In this document: in pieces, positions 7,713-16,826 of the stretch
Numbering within the stretch: the stretch's first letter is position 1
Layout of the letters: the number at the start of each line of letters is the position of its first letter
From: a virus
Length of the DNA stretch: 64,000 bases
Reading direction: 5' to 3' (one strand)
Virus record (IMG/VR): IMGVR_UViG_3300005573_000058
Coordinates: 74,662 to 138,661 of that record
Position numbers and translations under genes: made by a program
The notes under the pieces: generated by a model
The model's input: only the letters and a program-made list of their open reading frames with translations
The model's database searches: none
Told to the model about the DNA's origin: nothing

Positions 7713-7853
7713 ATGATAGTTTTAGAGTATTTAGCAAGTATTACATTCTTTATTGTTACTTTTAGATTCGTCGATGGTATGATAAACAAAGTAAATAGAA
7801 AGTTTGGTAATATGAAGAATGTCAAAAAGATAGATATAAGAAAATTAATATAA
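7713..7853 (+). CDS. small membrane protein (absent from the track)
   Basis: GGGAGG RBS; MIVLEYLASITFFIVTFRFV... Confidence 0.6.
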   Translation: MIVLEYLASITFFIVTFRFVDGMINKVNRKFGNMKNVKKIDIRKLI

Positions 7854-7868
7854 AAAAAGGAGGATAAA

Positions 7869-8042
7869 ATGTATAAAAGTCATAGTAAAAAGACTAAAAT
7901 AGGTAAATGTTGTATATGTGGTAAAACAGTGTATCATGAGGACTTAGCAAAAGACTGTGTAAAGTTTGCTGAGTTTTATATGACTGGCTTGTGCAGCGAA
8001 TGTCAAGATTTTGTATTTAAAGAACAGGCAGAAGAAGAATGA
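7869..8042 (+). CDS. small zinc-finger protein (absent from the track)
   Basis: RBS; CCICGK...EFYMTGLCSECQDFVF. Confidence 0.75.
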   Translation: MYKSHSKKTKIGKCCICGKTVYHEDLAKDCVKFAEFYMTGLCSECQDFVFKEQAEEE

Positions 8043-8053
8043 AAGGAGGATAT

Positions 8054-8254
8054 ATGTTTGCTAAAATCGAGAAGGAATGTATTATTGAAAGATTTTTTAT
8101 TGTATGTCCTCATTGTGGTGAAGTTATTGAAGGGTCTTCAAGAGAACAAGTATGGAGAGAAGCACTAGAGAAGGGTTGGAGATATGATGAGGGAGAGGGT
8201 ACAATATGTTGTAAAAATTGTTGTTCTTATTATCAAAAAATAAAGGAGGTATAA
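8054..8254 (+). CDS. zinc-ribbon protein
   Basis: CPHC...GW...CKNC; AGGAGG RBS before ATG 8054. Confidence 0.75.
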   Translation: MFAKIEKECIIERFFIVCPHCGEVIEGSSREQVWREALEKGWRYDEGEGTICCKNCCSYYQKIKEV

Positions 8255-8255
8255 T

Positions 8256-8564
8256 ATGTCGTTATTTTTTATAATTTTTGCTATAGTAAATGTTGCAGCT
8301 TGTATAGTTGCATGGTTTCTTGAATCGAAGAAAGGTATATATTACATTAAATATGTTAAAGATAATATGAACAAATGGAAGACAGTAATGGTGCCATTCT
8401 ATGTAGCAAAAGCTATTTTCTTAATGTTTCCATTATTTGTTGATATAGCAGTAACTATGGGACTGATAGCTATCTTCAACTTTGGTGGTTGGTATGGAGG
8501 AGTATTAGGATTGTTTGCTTCTAATTTGATATCGTTGTTGATAATTAGAACGTTAGTAATGTAA
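8256..8564 (+). CDS. membrane protein
   Basis: RBS; three to four hydrophobic helices. Confidence 0.8.
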   Translation: MSLFFIIFAIVNVAACIVAWFLESKKGIYYIKYVKDNMNKWKTVMVPFYVAKAIFLMFPLFVDIAVTMGLIAIFNFGGWYGGVLGLFASNLISLLIIRTLVM

Positions 8565-8619
8565 TTATAAAAAAACAAGGCACCACTGTTATCAGTGGTG
8601 CCTTAAAAAAGGAGGTTAT

Positions 8620-8937
8620 ATGTTAAATTTTTTAGCAGTTATAAAAAGAAGTGTAAGTGAAAGAAAGGCTGTCTTAGAGTTAAGACAGCTCAAGCATGAG
8701 TTATATGATAATCTGATAAATATTGGCAGAGGAGAACATAATGTTGAAGTTGTTAAGAAGATCATTAGAATAATTGATCATATATCTGATAAATATAAAG
8801 ATGAATTTGAAGATCTTGATAGTGTAACATTATATTTATGTTGCTATTCAAGATTTAAACTATTCATGTTAAAAATAAGAGCATTATTTAGCAGAGAAAG
8901 TCTTGACAAATTGATAAAAAATGTTATATTTAAATAG
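8620..8937 (+). CDS. hypothetical protein
   Basis: RBS; 105 aa. Confidence 0.75.
   Translation: MLNFLAVIKRSVSERKAVLELRQLKHELYDNLINIGRGEHNVEVVKKIIRIIDHISDKYKDEFEDLDSVTLYLCCYSRFKLFMLKIRALFSRESLDKLIKNVIFK
8903..8930 (+). promoter_or_regulatory. sigmaA/70-type promoter
   Basis: TTGACA-N16-TATATT with extended TG. Confidence 0.55.
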
Positions 8938-8954
8938 GAGAGAAGGAGGTATAT

Positions 8955-9170
8955 ATGAAACTGAGTGAAGATCTATGTAAAGATATTGACTTATATAGAG
9001 TATATTATGCTCAAAAGAAAAAAAGAAGAAAGAAGAAAATGTTAGATAAGATTGATAAGATTAAGAGAATAAAAAGTATGAGTAGGTCTAGAATACCTTC
9101 AGTAAAGATAATGCATCGTTCAAAAAGACATGAAAATGATTGGAAGTATAGAGTAAACGATGAGGAGTAA
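8955..9170 (+). CDS. small basic protein; paralog of pseudogene 536..691
   Basis: RBS; C-terminal HENDWKY. Confidence 0.75.
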   Translation: MKLSEDLCKDIDLYRVYYAQKKKRRKKKMLDKIDKIKRIKSMSRSRIPSVKIMHRSKRHENDWKYRVNDEE

Positions 9171-9213
9171 TTTACTCCTCATCGTTTTTTGATTTTAAAA
9201 AGAAGGAGGTAAA

Positions 9214-10272
9214 ATGTTAGTAGTTCATTCGTTAAATAAAGTAAATATGCTTGATATAAAGAGAATTGTAGAAAGATATCTGCAGCAATTTGGTGTTGCA
9301 ACTTTGAATGTAACGAATGATACATTTGATCTAGGAGATGATATAAAGATTATTGAGTCTAGAGTGACATTTCTGCCAAGAAATCAAACTGCTGCTAATA
9401 AATATGCATTTGTTGAGAAGGAGACATATGGAGAGGTCTTCCTTCAAGGTAGGAATATTTTTAATATTTCTACTGATGATAAAGTTCAGAAGCAGATGTA
9501 TAGAATGTTATTTGAAACAGAAGAAGGTGATCTATCATTATTGTTCATATTAAGAGCATTATATAAACAGAATAAAATGAAGATCATAATGTTAGAAAAT
9601 GTTGGTAAAGAATATTTTAAGACTGGTCAGATTGGAATTGAGATTACTGATAATTGTAACGATCTGACTTTTAGAAAGTTATTAGATATGACAATAGAAG
9701 ATGTAAAGAAAGAGAAGATGGTACAAAAAGAATATAATTTGAAAGATAAAAAGTATGTTGAAAGAACATTAGAATATCTTCCAGCATATTTAATATATCC
9801 TCTAGCATTGAATGTTAGAACACATTCAGTAGGTATAGCAAGAGAAAATAATGTTATCTTTCAGAACGATAGAATAGTATCATTGCCATATATGCTACCA
9901 TTGCCAGTTTATTATATTGATAAAAGTAGGATACAAGTAACTGAAAATCAGAAAGAGTATGTTAAAATGGAAATTGATGTGGATGAGAGTATTATAACAA
10001 AAGGTTCAGTTGATATCGACTTAGATATGAAGAGTGAAACTTCAGCTATTGTTTCTAAGAGCAATTATCTGTTTACTAGTAAGAACAAGTTTACAAAGTT
10101 TTATAAGGAGAAGGATATTTTAAAGAAGTTGAACATTGCAAATGAGATAGAGAAAGATCTTGAATATGTTGATTTACAGGAGATTATACGTAGAAATATT
10201 AGCGATATAGAACAGATGAAAACAATGCAATTTGATCTTCCAGAGACAAAGCTTATAGCATGTTACAAATAG
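9214..10272 (+). CDS. hypothetical protein; paralog of 28481..29725
   Basis: shared RVTF(L/I)PRN...KYA.(V/I)E...G and K..(I/L)ANEI motifs. Confidence 0.85.
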   Translation: MLVVHSLNKVNMLDIKRIVERYLQQFGVATLNVTNDTFDLGDDIKIIESRVTFLPRNQTAANKYAFVEKETYGEVFLQGRNIFNISTDDKVQKQMYRMLFETEEGDLSLLFILRALYKQNKMKIIMLENVGKEYFKTGQIGIEITDNCNDLTFRKLLDMTIEDVKKEKMVQKEYNLKDKKYVERTLEYLPAYLIYPLALNVRTHSVGIARENNVIFQNDRIVSLPYMLPLPVYYIDKSRIQVTENQKEYVKMEIDVDESIITKGSVDIDLDMKSETSAIVSKSNYLFTSKNKFTKFYKEKDILKKLNIANEIEKDLEYVDLQEIIRRNISDIEQMKTMQFDLPETKLIACYK

Positions 10273-10280
10273 GAAGAGAT

Positions 10281-10430
10281 ATGAAAGTAAACATATATCA
10301 ACTTAACTTAAATCTTAAATCTGATTGCGACGCCTGTAAGTTTGAATATTGTTTCTCATCATGTAAAAAGGTTAATATAGGTGATGCTACAATCAGGTTA
10401 AATTCGTATATAGCAAAGGAAACACTTTAG
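10281..10430 (+). CDS. small Cys-rich protein (family member 6, absent from the track)
   Basis: MKVNIYQLNLNLKSDCDACKFEYCFSSC. Confidence 0.6.
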   Translation: MKVNIYQLNLNLKSDCDACKFEYCFSSCKKVNIGDATIRLNSYIAKETL

Positions 10431-10539
10431 CAAAGTGACGATGACATGTACATTAGTCACCTCTACAACTATAATTAGTATAGCCTTCGGCTGATTATCA
10501 GCGGAGGCTATACTAATATTTAATTAGGAGGAAGTTAAT

Positions 10540-10734
10540 ATGCTTTATATTCAATTAGACAAAAATGTAAAGGGTGTATTTAATATTTATTGCAAATCGT
10601 GTTCTTTTAGTAGCATCCCAAATTGTAGACTTCTTGTTTTTAGGAGAGGTGAGACTGAACAAGCATGTAAAGTATTTGAGTCTACTTGTGTCAGGACATG
10701 GTCACTTGTATATATAAAAGAAGATAATATTTAG
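10540..10734 (+). CDS. small Cys-rich protein (family member 7)
   Basis: AGGAGG RBS; YIQLD...FNIYCKSC...C...C. Confidence 0.65.
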   Translation: MLYIQLDKNVKGVFNIYCKSCSFSSIPNCRLLVFRRGETEQACKVFESTCVRTWSLVYIKEDNI

Positions 10735-10774
10735 CGTTTTATGTTTAATTTTTTTTAAAAAAAGGAGGAAAATT

Positions 10775-12862
10775 ATGAAAAATAAAAAGCAAGTTTTAAA
10801 AGCTGCCCCGATAAAATTGGTAAAGGGGCAGAGATTTGTAATGCTTAGACATATAGTAGTTAAGAAAGATGGTACATTTGAAATAACAGATGGTAAGTAT
10901 GTTAACATCGATGTAGGACAGAATAAATTAGCATTGAATATGTGGAGATATATGGCTAAATTTGTTGATGAAAAAGGTAAGAATATTGTACCATCAAAAG
11001 ATGTATTAAAAAAGTTAGAAGATCAATATGAAATTACATATATTCATACTGGTCATAGAGGAACTGAGGCTAGAGTATTGTTAAAGAAGTTCAACAAAGT
11101 TGAAAGATATCTGAAAGGATTACCTGTTGAAAAGAAAATAGCAAGAAGAAAGCTGTTTTTAAGAAGAAAGATAGACGACTTCAGATCATATGGTATAGAT
11201 AAAATAAGAATAATAAATGTTCCAAAAGAGTATGAAAAATATGTAGATGGTGTAATATTCTATAAAGGCAAAGAGATTATGAAAGGTGATAAGAACAGAA
11301 GAAACTTAGAAGGAGCAGAAGTGAAAGGATTTGCAAAAGGATCATTGATGAATGTTAATAAGTCAAAGTTCTTTAAGAAGTTAATAGGAGATGTACAAGA
11401 AGATGAATTAGTTATACCATCTTGTAACGTTAAAATGAGGAAAGATTTAAAATATACAATAGATGATATATGGATAGCTGAATATGCAAAGACAAGAGCT
11501 GTTGTTAAAGATGAATTAGAATATGGTATAGCAGCGATGATAAAAAATGTAAAACCTATTGATGTACCTGAATGGACATTAGAAAGGATATATGAACTTG
11601 TAAAGTTGACTGATAATGATAACATGGCAAGTGCATTGTTAAAGGCAGGTGTACCATTGAATGATCAGTATTTTGTTCAATCAGCAGAACCTATTATATC
11701 TGCTGAGATAAGTAGAATATTTAGAATCGGATATGGATTAACAGGATTTGCTGTTGCTCTGCCAAAGGCAGGTAAGGTTGATGAAATTGTCGTTGGTAAA
11801 AGAATTGCAAAGTGGTTGAATATAAAGAAAGGAGGAACTGTTGTTCTTACAAGAAATCCAATTCCAGGTATATTAGGACTACTGAGAGTAAAAGTTAAAA
11901 AGATTGTAGATAAAGATGTTATTTATGTTCATCCAGATATATGGACAGGTGTATTGAAAGGAGACTATGATGGTGATCTGTGTCAGTTGATTGTTGATTA
12001 TCCAGAGCTTAAAGAACATGCATTTGAGCCAGCTCATGCTCTAAAGCTAGTTGAAAAAGCAAATAAGATGATAGAGAAAGAAGATAGTACAGAAGAAAAT
12101 CTGCAGCAAACAGAACTTGATGTATATCATGCTATTGTATCAAATGCAGCTGCTGTAGGTATATTGACGATGGAATGGTTAGAAAGGATGAATGAATATC
12201 ATAAGATGTCAAAAGATAAAAGAGCTGTTCAAATGTATGTTGATTTTGAAGACATTCAAAAGAGTATAGATGGAATGAAACATGATGCATATAAGAATGC
12301 TGTTAAGCTTGCTGATAGAATTAAGAATATTATGAGAACGAGACAAGTAAATAGCTATTTAAGAGCTATAAGGAATGTTAATATATCTTATGAGAATAGA
12401 ATAGAAGTTATAAGAAGTGCAAATTATACATCAGATGATATTTATGAAAAGATTGTATGTAGAAGAAGAAATGCTATAAAGGGATTAGATAGTATTGGTA
12501 GTCAAACAGTTGAATATGATTATAGAAGTGCAGCAAAGAAGATGTTAAAAGAGGTTAATATCGACTCTGAAAGATTACAGAAAGCAAGACAGATGGTGAT
12601 TAAGTTTCATAGTAAAAATGGATATTCGGAAATGGCTACTATTGAGTTAGCTAAGAAGTTGTACAAAACGCTGAAGCTTAAAAAGAATATAGTAGCATTG
12701 CTAGAAGCAAGTACATATCCAAGAGGAGTTGGAAGAGCAGCAATGTTGAGTCTGCCAACTGCAAAAAAGATAGTGAAACTAGCAATTCAAGATATGAACG
12801 ATGTTAAAGAAATAATAGAACAAGATATAAAAGAAGTTAAGAAGATAATAAATCAGCCATGA
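10775..12862 (+). CDS. single-subunit double-psi-beta-barrel RNA polymerase (YonO / QDE-1 RdRP-like)
   Basis: YVDG, KGFAKG, LTRNP, catalytic GDYDGD, VGILT and SIDGMK occur in the order expected for YonO/RdRP-type enzymes. Confidence 0.8.
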   Translation: MKNKKQVLKAAPIKLVKGQRFVMLRHIVVKKDGTFEITDGKYVNIDVGQNKLALNMWRYMAKFVDEKGKNIVPSKDVLKKLEDQYEITYIHTGHRGTEARVLLKKFNKVERYLKGLPVEKKIARRKLFLRRKIDDFRSYGIDKIRIINVPKEYEKYVDGVIFYKGKEIMKGDKNRRNLEGAEVKGFAKGSLMNVNKSKFFKKLIGDVQEDELVIPSCNVKMRKDLKYTIDDIWIAEYAKTRAVVKDELEYGIAAMIKNVKPIDVPEWTLERIYELVKLTDNDNMASALLKAGVPLNDQYFVQSAEPIISAEISRIFRIGYGLTGFAVALPKAGKVDEIVVGKRIAKWLNIKKGGTVVLTRNPIPGILGLLRVKVKKIVDKDVIYVHPDIWTGVLKGDYDGDLCQLIVDYPELKEHAFEPAHALKLVEKANKMIEKEDSTEENLQQTELDVYHAIVSNAAAVGILTMEWLERMNEYHKMSKDKRAVQMYVDFEDIQKSIDGMKHDAYKNAVKLADRIKNIMRTRQVNSYLRAIRNVNISYENRIEVIRSANYTSDDIYEKIVCRRRNAIKGLDSIGSQTVEYDYRSAAKKMLKEVNIDSERLQKARQMVIKFHSKNGYSEMATIELAKKLYKTLKLKKNIVALLEASTYPRGVGRAAMLSLPTAKKIVKLAIQDMNDVKEIIEQDIKEVKKIINQP

Positions 12863-12874
12863 GCAAAAGTTACA

Positions 12875-12910
12875 AGAAGACCATAGACTCGTTCTATGGT
12901 CTTCTTTTTT
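12875..12910 (+). terminator. intrinsic terminator
   Basis: agaagaccataga-ctcgt-tctatggtcttct followed by a U-tract. Confidence 0.85.
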
Positions 12911-12932
12911 GATAAGTATAAATAATTGTATA

Positions 12933-13169
12933 TCAATGGAAATTGATAAGCTATATGATGCCAAATTAAGCATTAACTACATTTACATTCCGTTAATGCT
13001 TTCACTGGCATCATATATGCAGAAGTGAATAACTTCTGAAAAAAAATTTTTAAATTGAGATACAAGATTCAATGGAAATTGAAAGTTATCGAAACAGTTT
13101 ATTTTATTCCGCACATTTCATGTGCTTGTAAAATAAACTGTTTCAGAAGTGAACAGCTTCTGAAAAAAA
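12933..13169 (+). ncRNA. two tandem structured RNA-like units (136-nt period)
   Basis: conserved tcaatggaaattga(t)aag, then an unrelated long hairpin, then conserved cagaagtgaaYaRcttctgaaaaaaa. Confidence 0.5.
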
Positions 13170-13195
13170 TGTATATTTATTAAAAGGAGGTATAT

Positions 13196-13438
13196 ATGAA
13201 AGGAGACATGAAGAAGTCTGTATATGTAGATTATGATGAAGAAGCTAAAATGTATTATATCAGGGTCGTACATAGTTATAAAATAGAGCGTCCTCAGGAA
13301 AGACTAGGTAAGAAGATCAATAAGCCTGATTGGAGACAGATAAATAAGATTGTAAAAGTTATGCAAGAATTTTGGAACGTACAGCAGTATTTAGCTGATA
13401 TTTATAAAAGTAAAGAAAAATGTACAGGGGAGGAATAA
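13196..13438 (+). CDS. hypothetical protein
   Basis: RBS; 80 aa. Confidence 0.75.
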   Translation: MKGDMKKSVYVDYDEEAKMYYIRVVHSYKIERPQERLGKKINKPDWRQINKIVKVMQEFWNVQQYLADIYKSKEKCTGEE

Positions 13439-13502
13439 TGGATAATAAAGAGAAGTTAAATAGTTTATTTTTTTTAAAAAAAAATAACAAAAAGGAGGTT
13501 AA

Positions 13503-14660
13503 ATGAGTAATAAAACAATTCAAAGTAATGATTTATTAGTTTTGTCGCCAAAAGGTATAAAAGAGTTGGTAAGTTATTTTGTAAAGGCTGATATTCCTAT
13601 ATTGATCTGGGGTCAAACAGGAGTTGGTAAAACTCAGATAGTAAAACAGATCGCACAAGAGAATGGTTATGATATGTTAGCGTTGTATCTAAATCAAGCT
13701 GATACATTAGGTGATTTATTAGGATTGCCGTATGTGAATGCTGAAAAAGGTATAACTGAATTTTTACCGCCGCCAATAATTAAAGCAGCTGAACATGCTG
13801 AAAAGCCAACTATTTTATTCTTAGATGAGATAAACAGATGTAGGAAAGAATTTAGAAATGCTATATATAGGTTAGTTCAGGAGAGAGTATTAGATCAGAG
13901 GAAGTTAAATGTCAGAATAGTAGCTGCTGCGAATCCATCGACAGATAAATATTTTGATACAGAAGAATTTGATGAAGCATTTCTAAATAGATTTGCACAT
14001 GTTGGTATGAAATCTGATCTAACTGATTGGAAAGAATTTGCACATAGGAGAGGAGTCCATCCAACTGTTATTTCTTTTGCAAGTGAGTCAACAGCTTTTA
14101 GCAACGATCCTATAACATTTTCTAAGATAGTAACGCCAAGAGATCTTATTGAGAGTTTATCTAAGATTGTAAACATTATAGAAAATGATAAAGAACTTAC
14201 TGAAGACGATAAATATAGGTTAATCGAGGAATCAGCAAAAGCGATATTAGGAATAGGTAAAGGTATTGCTTATACAAAAATGTATAAAGATTTGGAAAAG
14301 CCAATTCAGCCAGATGAATGGTTGCTGTCATCTAAAGAGAATCTTTCTAATAAGCTGAATGAACTTATCAGCAAAGGTCAAACTGATATAGTTATTAGTT
14401 CAGTCTATAATATTGCAAGAATTGATGCAAAGAAGATAAATGATACATCAGCTAAGAAGATAATTAATGTATTATTAGAACAAACAGCTGAGATTATTGT
14501 TAATGCTATTATGATTTTGCCAGAAGTTGGACAAGATGTATATCAGAAGATTTTAGAGTTAGCTCCAAATGAAGCAAGAAAGTTAGTAAGTGTTTATACG
14601 GAAAAAATGGATTTATTTAATAAACAAACTAAGAATGCGAATGGGAAAAGTAAAAGTTAA
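13503..14660 (+). CDS. MoxR-family AAA+ ATPase
   Basis: Walker A GQTGVGKT; DLLGLP; Walker B LFLDEINR; AAANP; NRF; TPR. Confidence 0.92.
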   Translation: MSNKTIQSNDLLVLSPKGIKELVSYFVKADIPILIWGQTGVGKTQIVKQIAQENGYDMLALYLNQADTLGDLLGLPYVNAEKGITEFLPPPIIKAAEHAEKPTILFLDEINRCRKEFRNAIYRLVQERVLDQRKLNVRIVAAANPSTDKYFDTEEFDEAFLNRFAHVGMKSDLTDWKEFAHRRGVHPTVISFASESTAFSNDPITFSKIVTPRDLIESLSKIVNIIENDKELTEDDKYRLIEESAKAILGIGKGIAYTKMYKDLEKPIQPDEWLLSSKENLSNKLNELISKGQTDIVISSVYNIARIDAKKINDTSAKKIINVLLEQTAEIIVNAIMILPEVGQDVYQKILELAPNEARKLVSVYTEKMDLFNKQTKNANGKSKS

Positions 14661-14671
14661 AAGGAGGTAAT

Positions 14672-14902
14672 ATGAAAGATGTAAGAAATATTATTAAATT
14701 TTTAAAGGATGAAATAAGATGTATAAGACAGGAATATGATGTAGATTTATGGGATCAGACAGATATTTCATCGCTTGATAGTACAGAAGCATTTAATAGA
14801 GGTGTCTATAGAGCATATGTACAGATATTAGAGATGCTTGACAGTATTATTAAAAAAGAAGGTAAAGAAAATCATAGGAGGTTAAATGAGTCTAAAAGAT
14901 GA
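14672..14902 (+). CDS. hypothetical protein
   Basis: RBS; 76 aa. Confidence 0.7.
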   Translation: MKDVRNIIKFLKDEIRCIRQEYDVDLWDQTDISSLDSTEAFNRGVYRAYVQILEMLDSIIKKEGKENHRRLNESKR

Positions 14903-16826
14903 ACTCCAAAGAGTAAGAATGGCATCATTGTCAGATGAAGATTGGTTAGGAATATTCATATTAGAGTTTGCAAAAAGATATGAGTTTTATGGACATCTTG
15001 TGTATCAGTTTAGAAGAAGATTAGTTGATCAGAAGATATCATATATGGGTACGCCGTTGTTTATGCAGATTGAGATGCCACTTGGAAGTTCAACATTGAT
15101 AGATAGAAAATTTGTTGATGCAACTTTAGTATCATGTATTGAAAATATGAAAACACTGCCTTTTAATCAGGTGATTGGAATTTTGCATCATGAGATATTA
15201 CATTTTACTAATATGCATTCAATAAGAGGGTTAAATATTGCGAAACAAATAGCAAAAGAGGTAGGAGTATTAGATCCAAAAGAGTTATATGATAATCCTG
15301 TATTTACAGCAATTTTGAATATTGCTGCAGATGCATCTATTAATGAATATGTTAGGGAATTTGACGAATACAGAGATGGTATAGTTACGATATCTTCTAT
15401 CAACAAAGAATATAAACTGAAGTTAAGTCCTGGAGCATCTTTTGAAGAGATATTCTTCTCTTTATATAAATTTGAAAAAGATAAGATAAAGAAAGCGCAG
15501 AAAAGTATTCATGAAATAAGGAAAGTTATACAACAGATTAATCAGAAGATACAGCAAGCATCTCAGAATAGAAATAAGCAGATAAAGCAGATAACAGAGA
15601 AGCTAAAGAAAGAAGCAGGTGAGTATAATAGTAAAGCTAATAGCCAACAGAGTCAACAGTTGAAAGATCAGGCAGATAGTATAGATCAGAAATCTGATGA
15701 GATGAAAGATGCTGAGAGTAAAGGAGATAATAGAAAGCAGCAGCAAGTAGAAGATGAAATGAAGAAAATGGCAGGTCAAATGAAAGAGCAGATAGATGAA
15801 ACAGAACAACAACAGCAGGAAGAAGAAGGAAAAGATAACCTCAATAGAATGAAAGATTTAATTAAACAGTTAGAAGACATGTTAAATGGTCAGCAACAAA
15901 ATCAACAGCAAAATCAGCAACAAAATCAACAACATGAACAGGAAGAAGGTAACGATGAAGATCAAAGTGATCAACAGAATAATAGCAGTTTAAAAGATTT
16001 GATAAATCAGCTGGAGAAAAACTTTAGCAATCAGCTGAAAGAGTTAAGAAAGCTATTATCAACACCAATAGCTTTAGCTGATGAGAAAGATAAAGATAAT
16101 ATAGAACAGATGACAAAAGCAAAGATATATAATGCATATAAACAGACATCAGATAAAGGTAGAGGATCTATTCCATCGGACGTGTTAGAGATCATAGAAA
16201 GTATTGAAAAGCCAGTAAGTATACCTCTTCATCAGTTCTTAAGAAGAATAGCAAATAGTTATGCTAAACAGAATAGGACATTGTCGTTCAGGAGATATGA
16301 TAAAAGATATGGTACAGTGCCTGGTGATATAGTTAGTAATAAAGAGACTGTCGCATTTATATTAGATGTATCTGGTTCAATGTCAAATGAATTGTTAGCA
16401 GAGGGTGTTGCATTTTTGAATACTATATCGAAAGATTATGAAACTATTATGTGTCAGATTGATACTGAACTAAAATTAGATCGGATAAAAATACTAAATA
16501 GAAGAGTAGATAAACTAGAAGTCGAAGGCAGAGGCGGAACAGATTTTAACGATTTATTCAGATTAATGAAAGGTGAAGAACTGGAACAACATGAGATAAA
16601 GTATTATAAGTTGTTGAAAAGAGCTGCAACTGTGTTCATATTTACTGATACAAATGCTAGTATAGATACTAGAAGATATAATCAAAAAGAGATAAAACAA
16701 TCTGTTGTATTTATAACTGATAGTAAATATATATACAATGAAGTATTAGATTTTGGTGGTGTAGTTATAAAATATGATAAAAATAATAAGATATATGAAG
16801 TAATAAGAGGAGGCATATATGAATAA
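14886..16826 (+). CDS. VWA-domain metallopeptidase-like protein (DUF2201-type), MoxR partner
   Basis: HEILH; NIAADASIN; Q/E-rich linker; MIDAS DVSGS; GRGGTDF; FTD. Confidence 0.88.
   Translation: MSLKDELQRVRMASLSDEDWLGIFILEFAKRYEFYGHLVYQFRRRLVDQKISYMGTPLFMQIEMPLGSSTLIDRKFVDATLVSCIENMKTLPFNQVIGILHHEILHFTNMHSIRGLNIAKQIAKEVGVLDPKELYDNPVFTAILNIAADASINEYVREFDEYRDGIVTISSINKEYKLKLSPGASFEEIFFSLYKFEKDKIKKAQKSIHEIRKVIQQINQKIQQASQNRNKQIKQITEKLKKEAGEYNSKANSQQSQQLKDQADSIDQKSDEMKDAESKGDNRKQQQVEDEMKKMAGQMKEQIDETEQQQQEEEGKDNLNRMKDLIKQLEDMLNGQQQNQQQNQQQNQQHEQEEGNDEDQSDQQNNSSLKDLINQLEKNFSNQLKELRKLLSTPIALADEKDKDNIEQMTKAKIYNAYKQTSDKGRGSIPSDVLEIIESIEKPVSIPLHQFLRRIANSYAKQNRTLSFRRYDKRYGTVPGDIVSNKETVAFILDVSGSMSNELLAEGVAFLNTISKDYETIMCQIDTELKLDRIKILNRRVDKLEVEGRGGTDFNDLFRLMKGEELEQHEIKYYKLLKRAATVFIFTDTNASIDTRRYNQKEIKQSVVFITDSKYIYNEVLDFGGVVIKYDKNNKIYEVIRGGIYE

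Noticed and set aside
11260-11625. minus-strand ORFs within + genes (also 13895, 15188, 23106, 25749, 49699 and others) and + ORFs within the minus-strand module (55996, 59106, 60773)
   Set aside because: These are antisense shadows of well-supported genes, with no RBS and biased composition.
12933-13169. hammerhead or other known ribozyme/riboswitch
   Set aside because: I could not find a CUGANGA/GAAA core or any other consensus I recognise; retained only as an unknown structured unit.
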